A stretch of 64,000 nt of DNA, taken from the NCBI RefSeq assembly GCF_009914755.1, contig NC_060933.1; one strand, 5' to 3'. This document shows, one piece after another, positions 1 through 15,392 of the stretch (the stretch's first letter is position 1; every line of letters begins with the position of its first letter). Position numbers and translations under genes: made by a program. The notes under the pieces were generated by a model. The model searched no databases. It saw only the letters and a list, made by a program, of their open reading frames with translations, and was not told where the DNA came from. Source of the DNA: the human T2T-CHM13v2.0 reference genome, Homo sapiens.

Positions 1-1478
1 TATAGAATCTATTTGTTCAGATAGGTAGTAACTAAATCACGAGGTCAAGAAAATTATGCCATTTCAGCCAGAGTATAATAAATATAGACTTCTTACACCT
101 CTGTTTAGAAAATAGACTTGACTCATTTCTGACCTAATGAATCAGATTTTTAATGTCTCTTTTTCTTTATGGAATTATTTCTTGAAGAATAAATGAGGGC
201 AAATGGAGTGACTTATTTCCTACTTCATTCAAAAAATGGTACAAAGCTCAAGTGGTTTATGTGATTGGAAAAAGAGAAACCTCACTAAATTTAATTAGAG
301 TCGCTCCCATACTTTCTCATTTTCTTTTAATACAAGTATTTGTCTTACTAAAGAGCTTAATAGGAATATAAATGTCAATAAGGAAATGAAACCACAGCCA
401 AATAGATAATGGAGAAATGTGTCTCCAGGCGGAAAAATAAGCCCTGGGTCAAAAAATGTAACTTTTTTCAATAAGAATATGTAGTTTCAAGATTTTCTTT
501 GAAAAATTGACTCACATTGTTTAAGTAAGTGAGGTGTATAGTTTTAGAATGCCAAGATTGTTTCAAAAATGAAAATTTAAAATTTTACACTTGATAAATT
601 CATAGTATAATAGCATGAGGAGCCCTTCAGACCAGCTCCCCAGTGAAATGGTAAAAATCATTAGTGTGTTTCTTTTTTAACAAATACAATAATTTCAAAG
701 CTCTGGAAATTATTCTAATGGAAGACAACAAATTAAAAAAATCTATTCAAGAAAGTGTTTGAAAATCAGGTAAATGGGAAAATGTGTAGTACTCAAACCA
801 AGAATGTGTTCTTCCTCTACCTCTTCAGTCTAAGACAAAACCTCCAGACTAATGTAGCCAAGAACATACAGTTTCATTTCCTGCCAGCTCCAAGTCAAAA
901 GAATTTCTTCCCAGGAGGAACAATACATTTGCACTTCTCAACTTGCCCTCTGCTACTTATTGCCATGGCTAAGTTCTGAGTAAATGTGGTGGAGACATGA
1001 GACTTCTTCCTTTTGCCCAGATATCACTTATGAAATGGAGACTTTACACATGGCACCATGAAAATGAGTGATTCCCAAGTACCCTTGCCCTGGCTTATAA
1101 GTTAGTGGTTTCTTGCCAGGAGAGACAAACCAAGAAGACCCCAGGCTACTTTCTATTTGCTCCCTTAATTCTTAGCATCAAAAGTGAGAGCATCACTCAA
1201 AGAAAAGTGTGTTCCCATGTCCAGATCCACAGCCATGGCACTGAGATATTTTCTGAAATGAGAAACATAACATAAATAGTTTCATATTTCTTCCCAAAGG
1301 AAGTAATTTAATTTGCAATAGGACCTGGAGAAGTCCAAGCCTAAGAGTGCTCCCTAGAACAGTGGAGGTTGAGCCAAAAGGCAGTTAAGAGGAGATTTCC
1401 ACACTTTATGCCTAATGAAGATTCAGGACAAATTGTAGGGTGTCCAGTTTGCAGGAGAGAGCCAAAAAAATAAAAATG

Positions 1479-1575
1479 AAGAAGGAAGAGAAGGAGGAGG
1501 AGGGGAGAGGGAGGAGGAGGGGGAGGGGCAGGGGCAGGGAGTGGGGGAGAGGGGGAGGGGGAGGGAGAGGGAGAA
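1479..1575 (+). repeat. G/A-rich low-complexity tract with many G3-G5 runs
   Basis: gaggaggagggggaggggcaggggcagggagtgggggagagggggaggggg. Confidence 0.9.
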
Positions 1576-3423
1576 AACAGCTGTGGGGAGCCTTCCTGCT
1601 ATCAGAAAAAAATATCAAACACCTAAAGGAAGTATTCCCTTAAAGGAGCCAAAATTAGAGTAATTTATTTCCCAGGGCATTGTTGAAGATAATATCAACA
1701 GCGAGCAGCGTAGATGAACATCAGTGTGTGATCAGAGCAAGAGACCCAGAAAGCCCTGTCAAAACTATTTTTATTTCAGAGTGACTACAGCTTTATCTTC
1801 TGAGGAAAAACGCCATACGGTTATTACTGCAGTGAGGTTGGGGAAAGGGGAGGTGAATAAACTTCACTAGAATAACTTAGCCAATGTCTAAACAAATAAA
1901 CAAACAAATAACAATTACATAGTCCAGAGGGAGTAGTAAAAGTGGATATAATATATAATATAAAATGTCCACTTTCAGCAAAAAAAAAAAAAAAGACAAG
2001 ATAAGAAATAAAGAAAGTATAACACAAGCACTGCACTGGGGAAAAAAGAACACAGGCTATACACACTGCTTTTGAAAGAGACCAGAAGTAAGATTTGACA
2101 GATACATAAGTATTCTTGTAAGTAAAATAACAATTTTATAAGCAAAATAAAATAAAAATACTTATAAGTAACTATTATGAATATTTTCAAAGAATTCAAA
2201 GAATGCCATGAGAGAAGCAAAGGAAGGTATGGTGTTGATGTTACATAAAATAGAGAATATTACTAATAAGATATAAATTAGAAGAAAAATGAATGAAAAT
2301 TCTGTAGTTAAAAATCACAATAACTAAAATGAGAAATTCACAAGAGAGATTCTATGGTAGATTTTAATTGATAGAAAACAGATATAACAAACTTGAATAT
2401 AGACCTATGGATATGCAATCTGAAAAACAGAGAAAACGGAATGAAGAAAAATAGAGCTTCAGAGAAATCTTTGCCAATATTAATGCACCAATATATGTGT
2501 AATAGGAGTACTAGTAGAAGGTAGAAAAAAAACAGAAAAAAATTTTAAGAAATAACTACTCACAACTTTCCAAATTTATTGAAAAGCAATACTGTATGTA
2601 TCCAGAAAGCTTAATGAGCTCCAAAAAGGAAAAAAAAATCAAATGGATCCACTGACACAGCATAGTAAATATGCCAAGAGTCAAAGACAAGCAGGAACTC
2701 TTGAAAGCACCTAGAAATAAATGACTTGTCACCTATGAAAAATTCGGTAAGAACAACAGCTAACTTATCAGCAGAAACAATGGAGGGCAGAAGGCAGAGG
2801 ACTAATCTATTCAACTGATGAAATAAAAATTGTCAACTGGCAAGTCTTTATTTAAAAAATGAAGGTAAAATTAAGACATTTTCAGATAAACAAAAACTAA
2901 GTGATTTTTTTTTTGCAGGCATACCCGCCTTATAAGTAATATTAAAGGAAGCTGTTTAGATGGAAAGTAAGTAACCCCAGATAGTAATTCAATTCCACAC
3001 GAAAATATAAAGAGGAACAGTAAAGTTAATTATGTAATTATAATAAAATATAAATGCAAATTCTTCTTTAACTGATTTCAAAAGAAATTGCATAAAATTA
3101 TATGTATATAATATATTGTCAGGCTTATATCAAGCTGCAGCTTTTACTAATATTTGCCAATAGCGACACAAACAAAAGATGTCAGTGGGAGAAAAGCTGT
3201 ATCAGACTGAGAAAATGTTTAGAGATAAATATATATAGCAATACCATAAAAGGAAGACAAATGAATAGAAATATACAGGAATAATATTTGTATATATCGC
3301 TGAGATTAAGCTAGTATAAACTTGAAGGTGATTTTGGAATACATACATAAGCATATATATAAAACCAAAAGCTTCTTTTTTGAGAAGATCAACAAGTGGA
3401 CAAACTTTTAGCTAGATTGACTA

Positions 3424-3895
<472 letters not shown>

Positions 3896-3939
3896 ATATT
3901 CACCCAATTAAAAAAAGTTTTTGAAGAAAAGAAAGTATA

Positions 3940-4384
<445 letters not shown>

Positions 4385-4545
4385 TTAAAATTCTAACTGT
4401 GTACTGTCTACAGCACCTTGATTTAAAATATAAATTTATTGAAAGTAAAAAGATGAATAAAGATATATTATACAAGCAGCAACCACAGAATTAGTGGCTA
4501 TAATAATTCTAGGCAGATAATGAAACAAAATATGTTATTAATAAC

Positions 4546-4843
<298 letters not shown>

Positions 4844-6267
4844 TGATATATAATTTTATCATTATAAAATTTTATTCTATAATTTTATTAAGAGAAACAT
4901 TTTATAATGATAAAAACGTAACGATAAAATGTTAATTCAAGAAGATACAATAGTTATAAATATGTATGTATCAATAGTAACAGAGCACCAATTTATATGA
5001 AAACTGATGAAAGTAGAAAAAAACAAAGTGAATAAATGGTTGCATACATCAATGCACCACTTTCTGTAATGGATAGAACAATTAGACAAAAAATAAAGGA
5101 AATAAACAATTTAGCACTATAAGCCAACTAGACCTGGAAAACATCTATAAAACACATCACAATAATAGAATGTACACTTTCCTCAAGTGCACATAGAACA
5201 CCTCCATGATAGACCATATCCTGGCCATAAAGCAAATGTTAATAAATGTAAAAGGATAGAAATAATGTGAAATATGTTTTGTGATTGCAATGGAATAAAT
5301 TTAGAAATCAATCAAGGAAAAAAAATTAGGAAATTCACAAATACATGGATATTGAAAAACATTTAGAAATGTTTAAATAACTACTGGGTCAAAAAAAATC
5401 AAAAGGGAAATCAGAAAATACTTTGAAATGAATGAAAATGAAAAAGCATAACAATATTTAATGGGGGTACAGATAGAGTAGTCCTTATTGGGGGACTTAT
5501 AGCTGTACATGGATATATCAAGAAGAGAAATTTCTAATCCATAACCCAAACTTCCACTCTGAGACACTGAACAAAAGAGCAGAGTAAGCCTAAATCAAGC
5601 ATAGTAAAGGACATAATAACAATTAGAGCTAAGATTCATGAGAGAATAGAAAAATGATAGACAAAATAAGTGGGCGCAAAATCTTATTTTTGAGAAGATC
5701 AACAAATGGACAAACTTTTAGCTAGACTGATCAAGAAAAAAAGTGAATAGAATCAGAAATAAAAGGTTTTTACTACTAATCATGTAGAAATAAAATATCA
5801 GGAAGGAATACTATAAACAATTGTATGCCAATAAATTATATAACATAGATGAAATAGACAATTTTTAAAGAAACATACTGATTACTAAAACTGACTCAAC
5901 AAAAATAAGCAATTTAATAGGACTTACAAGTTAATTGATTAATAATAATATTAGTAACAATAATAAACCTATCATAAAGAAAAAGCCTGACCCAGGAGCT
6001 TTCATTACTATCTTCTCCCAGACATTATAAAAAGTCCTTTTACCAACTCTTGACAAACTCTTCCAATGAGTAAAAGAGAAGATAGTATTTCCCAACTCAA
6101 TTAGGTCATTATTAATCTGAAACCAAACCAGACAAAGACCTCACAATAAATGAAAACTACAGACCAATATCTGTTATGAATATGGGTTCAAATGCTTAAC
6201 AAAATAGTAACCAAATTTACAAGGCAGTCCTTCATAAAAAGCAGGCTGGAATGCTCAGGCATAGTCT

Positions 6268-6640
6268 AGGCTACAGTCTTTAGTTATTAAGTCAAACACT
6301 ATTCTATGTCTTGCTGTAAAGACATTTTATAGATATAGTTTAAGTCCATAATCTGCTGACTTTAGGTAAAATCATCTCAGATAATCTGGGTGGTCTTGAA
6401 TCAATGAGCTGAGAAGCTTTAAGAACAGAACTGGGGCTTCCCTGAAAAAGAAGAAATTCTGCCTGTGAAATACAGATTCAACCTGCACATGAAAGATTTG
6501 ACCTGCTCTTCCTGGCCACCTGCCCCATGGACTTCAGACCTTCTTAGCCAGCTCCCACAATTGCACACATTAATTCCTTGCAATAACTCGGTAAACAAAT
6601 GTCTTCTACTGGCTCTGTTTCTCTGGTTGCACCCTGACAG
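6268..6640 (+). mobile_element. MLT2 (MLT2D-like) ERVL LTR, 5'-truncated
   Basis: ctaggctacag..tcaaacact..gctgtaaag; gaagaaattctgcct; ends ctgtttctctggttgcaccctgac. Confidence 0.85.
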
Positions 6641-6787
6641 AATTAGATTTAGATTATTTTTGTTTTCACAAACTACCATAAATCAAATTAATTAGACGAC
6701 ATGTTTCCAGTAACCAGCATACCTGAATTTGAATAATAGTTTAGTTTTTAAGACATGAAATATCTATTTATAAAAAAAGTCAGTTCA

Positions 6788-9700
6788 GAGAGACGTGGAG
6801 TAAAATGGCAGAGTGAGACTCTCCAAAATCATCCACTGACAGAATCATCAATTTGAACAACTATCCATGCATGAGAAAACCTTCATAAGAGCTAAGGAAA
6901 CAAGATGTGAGTTCACAGTACCTGGTTTAAGCATAATAATGAGTAAAGATTCATTGAAGAAGTTTTACATTAGCTATGTCACCCCTGCCCCAACCCCAGG
7001 CAGCACAGCACAGATAGACACCAGCTGCCTGTGGAGAAGGAAATAAAAATAAACCAGGACTTCGCCTTGGAATCAGTAGAGGCCCCACTGCTGTAAAACC
7101 GAGTGCTGGGCAGATCCCCAGGCCAGCACCAATGGGCAAAGCCTCTAGACACGTGACAGTGCCAGACAGGAACCTGTGGCCATGGCAAGAGAGAATCAAG
7201 ATCTAATCCACATCATCACTGGCTGACTACAATGACCTTGAACACTGAACAAACCTCAGTGGCAGGCAGGCCATAGTGGTCACGACCTTAGGTATACCCC
7301 AATACTATGCTGGTCTCAGGGATCATGGACTTCGAATGAGACCCAGCACTATGTCAGCCTCAGCAGTTAAAGGATTCCTGCTGCAGAGGTCCTAGGCTTA
7401 GGGGGCCCCCTAGTGCTTCAACAACTTAAAGACCTCGCAGTCACCTAACCTCACTTGCGTTGAATCTATGGACAGCACTATTGCCAAAGGAACCTCCCAA
7501 AGAAAGCCATGCTGTGAAAACTTGGTTAGGTACCAATATCAATTCACAGACTTTGATGCACAGCCACAGGATTAAGATCAAGTAGGGAAATAAGACATCA
7601 TAAATGGACAAAATAATGTGACAGTGACTGATCCTAAAGAGATGGTGATGTAGGCACCACCTGAAAAAAAATTCAAAATAACTGTTTTATGGAAACTATG
7701 CAAATATGAATAAAATAAAAAGAATTTATAAATTTATCAAATAAATTTTACAGAGATTAAAATAATTTTTTTAAAAAATAACAAATTTTAAAGCTAAAGA
7801 ATACATGAACAAAATAAAGAAATTGAATGCAGAGCATCAACAGCACAATTGATCAAGCAGAGAAAATAATTTGTGAACTCCAAGACAGGTTAATTGAAAA
7901 CAAACATTCATAGAAGAAAAATTAAAAAGGAATAAAGAAAGCTTATGGCATTTATGTAATAACAATAACAAGGGCAAATGTATGGGTTATTGGTGATCAA
8001 GAGGAAGAAGAGACCAAAGCATAGGAAGCTTATTTAAAGAAAAAACAAAAACCTTTCAAACCCAGCCAAAGATGTAAATTCCAGGTACAAGAAGGTCAAA
8101 GGTTTTCAAGCAGATTCAATCCAAATAAAATTTTACCCATAATGTATAATAATCAAAATGTCAAAGATCAAAGACAAAGAAAGAATCCTGAAAACATTAA
8201 GAGAAAGAAAGCAAATATGCCTAACAGCAGAAGCAGATTTCTCAGTAGAAACCTTATTGGCCAGGAAAGAGTGAGACGGTATATTCAAAATGCTAAAAAA
8301 AAAAAAAAGCAGTCAACCAAGAATACTATACCTAGCAAAGCTGATCTTCAGAAATGGAGAGATAAAGACTTTCCTGGATAATCAAAAGCTAAGGGAGTTA
8401 ATCATCACCAGTCATGTCTTACAATAAATGCTGAAGAAAGTTCTTCAAGATTAAAGGTAAAGACTCTGACAAGAAACACAGAAACGTCTGAGGGTATATT
8501 ATTCACTGGTACTCTAGACAAAATGGGCGTTACAGACAATCCAGCAGCTACCAAATGCACATTCTTCTCAATGCCATATAGACCGTTGTGCAGGATAGAC
8601 TATATGTTAGGACTCAAATTAAGTCTCAGCAAATTTAAGATGATTGAAATCATATCATGTATCTCTTCTGACCACAATGGTATAAAATAGGAAATCAATA
8701 ACAAGAGGAACTCGGAAACATTACATTACATGGAAAGCAAACAACATACTCCTAAACAACCAGTTTGTGAATGAAGAAATCAAAAGGGAAATTTAAAAAT
8801 TTATTGTGGCAAATGATCATAAAACTACAACACACCAAAAATAACAAATAACCTTATTTTTAAAAATTGGCTAAAGACCTGAATAGACCATTCTCAAAAG
8901 AAGACATACAAATGGCAAACAGGTAAACAAAAAGCTAAACATCACTAATAAGGAAATACAAACCAAGACCACAATTAGGTATCACCTTATCCAAGTTACA
9001 ATGGCCATTATTAAAAGACAAAAGATAGCAAGTGTTGGCATGGATATGGGAAAAATAGAATCCTTGTACACTGTTTTTGGGAATGTAAATTAGTACCCCC
9101 ATTATTGAAAACAGCATGGAGCTTTCTCAAAAAAATTAAAAATAGAATGACCATATGATTCAGCAATCTCACTATGGGATATATATCCAAAAGAAAGGAT
9201 TTGATATGTCAAAGACACATCTGCACTTTAATGTTTATTGAAGCATTATTCACACTAGTCAATGTGTGAAATCAACCTAAGTGTCCATCAATGGAGGAAT
9301 CAATAAAGAAAATATGGGATATATATACAATCGAATTTTCAGCTATAAAGATTAAGTCCTGCTATTTGCAGCAACGTGGATCAACCTGAAGGACATTATG
9401 TTAAGTGAAATAAGCCAAGCATAGAAAGACAAATGCTACATTATCTCAGTGATATGTGTAATCTAGAAAGTTAATCACATAAAAACAGAGGAATGGAGGT
9501 TACCGAGGCTTGCGTGGTTATGTGGGGGAAGAGAAATGAAAGACGTTGGTCAAAGGATACATAATTACAGTTAGGAAGAATATATTTCAAGAGATCTATT
9601 GTACAACAAGGTAACTATAGTTAATGATTATAGATTGTATTCTTGAAAAATATAAAAAGCATAGATGTTATGTGCTCTTAAAACAAAAGTGATAATTGTA

Positions 9701-9813
9701 TGAGATAATGCATTTGTTATTTAGCTAGATTTAAGCATTTGATAATGTATGTCTTTCAAAACATTACATCATAAATGACCAAAACATACAATGCTATCTG
9801 TCAATTTAAAAAA
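6788..9813 (+). mobile_element. L1MA (L1MA5A-like 3' end) retaining 5'UTR, ORF1 and 3'UTR, with two large ORF2 deletions
   Basis: 5'UTR start ggagtaaaatggcagag; ORF1 remnant ~7540-8460; EN piece 8511-8840; ORF2 C-terminus and 3'UTR 8841-9813 ending atctgtcaatttaaaaaa. Confidence 0.85.
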
Positions 9814-9818
9814 CAGTC

Positions 9819-10123
<305 letters not shown>

Positions 10124-10894
10124 CCAGTAAATATCTAATTAGTATTAACTATAAAGTTACAAACCAGCCTTTGAATCGTTTTGTTTGGTCATGAAAAGTA
10201 ATCATTTAGAACCCTATGTTTTGAATGTAGCAAAGTGTCTATATTTTATCTTATATATATTTATTTCAAGTGAGATAATTAGTCACACAATAAGATCAAT
10301 AATAATAATTCAACATAAGTGATCTAGAGGTTCTTTAAAATTATCTTATAAATATCACCTTAGATTGACCATTTTTAAGTGAGCAAACATTTAGATCCAA
10401 TTTGATTTCATAGTCTTAATGAAGAAAACTAAATGACCTTTCCAACTATTAACTTAATTCAATGCCTGGGACGGTCAACACTTCTCGATGGACTGTGACT
10501 GAAACAGAACAGCAGAAAATATGCTCACTTTGTTTTTAGTAGGATAAATTTTATTTTATTTGTAATGAGCTAAATTTAGAGAAACACCATTAGGTCCACA
10601 AATTTAAACAGTAAAATTATGATTCTTGTCCTTTAAGCTTTATTTTTTATATGCAGCTAGATTAAAAATACAGTTTTGACAAAGTTTGGAAAACAGCAGT
10701 AATGAGGAATAATGTTTAGTTAGTTTAGTCAAAAAACATACTTACAAGATGGTACAGACTGTAGTTATTTGTTGGAGAATTCTGATGATGCCAAGAGAGT
10801 TTCACTTAGCAAAGATATACAAAAATGTTTGCCATTTTATATAATGAAAATTATGCCAATACATAATTTTACATAAAAAATTAACAGTCAGAAG

Positions 10895-11600
10895 CATTCT
10901 AGTTCCATCCATGGCACAGTAACTGGGACTAACTTGCTTTCCCAGGAAAAAAAACTATAATACTAAACAAAATAAATGCAGAAACTGTTTTCAGGCAGTG
11001 AGCAATGGATAGAATAGGACTATAATTATTGCAAAAAGGAAAACACAGAAGTTAAGCCCCATGCAAATTACCTTACACGTCTTTATGGGAAGGCTTGTAT
11101 AATAGGAGTTAAGGAGAACCATAGCTGAGCTACGGAGGCAGAAATTAGAGTTCTTTCTCACAAAAATGAAAAGGTTCCAGAGATAAGGCAGCGCATGATG
11201 GTATATAGAATTTGCATGGAAATTTACCAAGGTTACTAGAGTGAAGGTTGTTTTACTCAAGTGTAGGCAAAGACTTCACGACATCTAATATACATCATCT
11301 ACTTCTGGGCTGTGAACTGACTGGTGATACCATAAATTATGCCTTATGGGGACATTCTTGAGTTCTAGCCCAGTGGTAGTGGAGAGCCCTCACTGAGCAC
11401 CCAGTGCATTCAAACTAAACCCCAAAATAAAGACATTCCTAATAGAATGGAGCACACCCTAGAGCAAGAAGAATAAGGAAATCTGAAGATTCTCAGTGAA
11501 TTGTGTGGTAGTATTATGTCTAATATATGTACAATTTGATTCCAAGATGACTATGATAGAGAACAGGGCAAAGTAATGATTGAGAAAATATATCCACAAT
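10895..11600 (+). mobile_element. Old L1M 5'UTR/ORF1 fragments
   Basis: L1M 5'-end-like ttctagttccatccatggc..gtaactgggac; ORF1-like tctaatatatgtacaatttgattccaag. Confidence 0.55.
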
Positions 11601-14474
11601 GAGATAAAAAGTTTTATTTTATTCAACATTTAGCTATTTTGCACTGCATGAGTTGTTCAAAATGTCTCATCTGTTACACTGCCACAAGTAGAAATTCAAT
11701 ACATTAATTTTTGAACTGATATTAATTTGTTTCAACATTTTCTATACCTGTTCACTCCTACCCTTCAGATTATGGCAGATAGTATTGAAATTTAAATGAA
11801 TTAGGGCACTTTCTTTATAAGCCAACAGAGGACATAGTAGATGCTTGATGAATCAAGTTTATTTGGGCAGTAAGTGGTGTTGCTTAGTATTTTTTCCAAT
11901 GGCATGATGGTGGGACTAATTAATGTTATATGACTTGCTATGGATGACCCATGTACAATAATGACATTTATGACTCAAAGGAAATCTATTTGAATTGCTT
12001 TTCCAGTAGAAGTCAAAGGCAGTTTAGTGTTATGACAAATTATTATAAAGATTGAAAATACTGTTATGTTGCTGTTTTCATTCACATAATGTTGACTGGA
12101 ATGCAGTGTGACTCTAGACGATTTCCCCTATTTTTAATGCAATAGTATTAGTATAATATACACTATGTTTAATTGAATTTAGTTTTACCTGTCACAGTAT
12201 CACTTGCAAATAATTAACAAAATCAGCAGACCTGAAGTATATTTTGGATCTAGTCATTTTCGACAATATATTTTTTTCTCCCTGCCTTCTTTACCGAATG
12301 TCTAAGACAGTTGTTAGTTTCAAACTATGTTCTGATCATAGTTTCCTGGTGACATGCTAGGAGTATTTAATACTAAAAGAATGACTATGCACGTTGACTC
12401 ATCCACTTTGAGAAGATAAAACAACTGAAACATTAATTTTATGCTAATAATAAATGACACCTAATATGTCATGGAATGAAATGCAATCTGCCTGCATTTT
12501 CTAAAATAAGACATAGTGTTCAAAAATACTCTTTACCAATAGTAGAAACTTCAAACTACACCTTTAAATGGTCAGAACATGCATTCACTTAGCTTTTAGA
12601 GGCACTTCAATAAAAACATTTTAAAAGCACAAAATTAATGGGTTATATTTCAATTTGTTATTCATTTTATAACCACTTTAAACATTATTGAGGTGGCATA
12701 TGGCAACATATTGTACAATATGACTCTAAATGTAGATTTAGAAATTTTAAAAATGGAGATTAAGTTAAAAATAAATAAGGCGAAAGCCCAGATTAATATG
12801 TTTATTAAAAGTTGAAATTATAATTGACTCTGAGTTTCATAGGTTCCAAGAAAAAGGAAGATAAGAAGAGAGATTCTAAACTGGCATGACTTCTAAATAT
12901 AAACATGACTTATCTGGTGGAAAACATGTTACTAGGTCTTAATTTGAAAATGAATTTTCAAGTACCAAGCATCAATTTTAGGTGATACCCAATAAAATCC
13001 AAGGGAATCATATTAAAATATTATTCAGTGAAGGCAATTCTCTAAGGAAAAACAAAATATATTTTGTTAAAGCCTATCAATTGGACATGCCTGTAAAATT
13101 TTCAACCTTGAACATGCCTTTAAAATTTTGGAGATTATCTGAGTTGCTGATTGAAGGAAAATTATTCTGGACATCAGATGTCAAAGGAACAAGATGAAGA
13201 TTTTGTTAGGATAATTTAAGCCTTTGATTTGTAGTCTCATCTTGGAGTTCTGGGCCAGAGGAAAGCCTGGACATTTTCTTAAGAATGCGATCTAGGTTTG
13301 CCCAAGTGTCCAAATAAGCATTAAATGTGAACAAAATCATAGCTTTCTGTACCATAGTACATGAATGACCATTAATTTGTAGAAAAATAAAGCAAAAGTT
13401 ACTTATTTTACTAGAAGTGAAGTTCAAAATAATTACTGAGGAATATCTAATTTGAGTAGGGCCTGAATCCTCAGCTTATTGGATAAACTGAACTACTCCA
13501 TTTAGGATACTTGTTATTTTCATCATTTTTTTTTACACTTTGTTGTATTTGTTTTGTCTCTATTATTATTAGCTAAAAACAGTTACTTCCTTAGACTATC
13601 ACCATTTTGTAATAATAAGATAATTTTTATTTGATGGGTCAATAGGTATTATATTAACTATGCCTAAAATATAATTAACTTATTAAAATAAAATTTGAAG
13701 TGATGAGAGCATAAGCTGTAGATTAGTTTCACATGAATCAAGATTAGTGTTTGTTTTTCAGAAATTTTGTAGTTGCCCACCCTGGTTTTTCTAGTAGCTT
13801 TTTAGTTCTTGAATGTCAAGTAGCTAAATGTCAAACTAAAACCCATCTGTCTAAACATAAAAGAATAACTTGGGAAAAATTCAGTTTTTGAAAATTGGCA
13901 AGAATAAGAATTTTTAAAATTAATATTGTAATAAACCATTTGTTTCTATTTATGTCACCAGAACTAAAATGTTATATTAAAAAAAATTAAATGACAATAA
14001 AAGTAAATGTAGGATTACAATTTAAAAATATAGCTTGTATTTTCAGTCTATCTTAAATCTTGGAAACAATTACTAGGTGAATTTTTTAAAAAATATTGAC
14101 ACATTTTAAGAGAGGATTTAAAGGATATGGAGATAGTGAGTTTTTATGGTATGGTAATAATTTAAATTATATTAAATTTGAAAACCAGATCTTAAGCCAG
14201 AGACTTTTTCTAAAATCTAAAAACACATGGAAAATTTTACTAGGATAATAATATAACTTAGAAAGCTTTTTCAATAATCAATAGGAAAATATGCCTTCAT
14301 AATTTCCCTTATGAAAAATGTTGTTTGCTGATCAGTCTTTATAGTTGTTACTGATGTCTTATCTCAGGGCCTCTTATACAGATATGGATTGAATTTTACA
14401 TTTTTATGGTACAGGGAAAGAGGATGTGTTCCTAATAATAATTTAAACTCAAATCCCTTAATCCATATTTTCCT

Positions 14475-14700
14475 TTGAGTATTTTTTGAGCAACCACTAC
14501 ACTTTCCAGGCTACATTCTAGGTATAATGGATAGAGAAATAAGCAAAACTTAGTTAAAAATTCTCCATTCTCATAGATTCTGCATTTTTGTGGGACAGGC
14601 AGTAAACAGATAAACCAATAGGTAAATATTTATACCTCAGTGAAAAAATAAGGCAAGGCAAAGGACTAGAGAGTAAGAGGAATGTTTTTTAGGCTGGGAA
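14475..14700 (-). mobile_element. L2 3' fragment
   Basis: tattttttgagcaaccactacactttccaggctacattctagg resembles the reverse complement of the L2 3' end. Confidence 0.6.
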
Positions 14701-14916
14701 AATTCTGTATGTTAGTTTTCCAACTTTTTTAAAGCCTTATTTATTTATTTATATATTTTTTTTGTTGTTTTTGTTATTGTTTTATCTTTATGCACATTCA
14801 TTCTTCAAGAATCTAGCCAGGTTAGAGTGATTCTGGCCTCCAACGTTTGGACCAACTAGTGAGAAAGATCTCTGGAAGAAATAAAAGCAATTTCTTCCGG
14901 AATACAGCTAAACTCA

Positions 14917-15392
14917 TATATTCATCACAGCTCTATTCACAATAGCAAAGACATGGAATCAACCCAGGAGCTCATAAAAAGTGGATTGAATACAGAAAAT
15001 CTGGTACATATACACCATGGGATATTATGCAGCCATGAAAAAATGAAATCGTGTTTTGCAGCAACATAGATGCAGCTGGAGGCCATTATCCTAAGTGAAT
15101 TAATGAAGGGACAGTAAAAAAAAAAATACTACAGGTTTTTACTTATAAGAGGAAACTAAGAATTGGGTACTCGCAGATATAAAGATGGCAACAATAGACA
15201 CTGAGGACTACTAGAGGGGAATGGAAGGAATAGAGGCAAGTGTTGAAAAACTAACTATTGGGTACTATGCTCACTACCTGGGTGATGGGATCAATCATAC
15301 CCCAAACTTCAGCATCATGTAATATACCCATGTAACAACCCTCCACCTGTAACCCTTGAATCTAAAATAAAATTTGAAAAAAATTTTTTTAA
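14917..15392 (+). mobile_element. L1 3' end (L1PB4/L1PA16-17-like), 5'-truncated
   Basis: gatataaagatggcaacaatagacactg 3'UTR; TSD-like tacagctaa at ~14903 and ~15401. Confidence 0.9.

Noticed and set aside
1412-1643. RG-rich and Pro-rich ORFs on opposite strands
   Set aside because: Low-complexity G/A tract inside an L1
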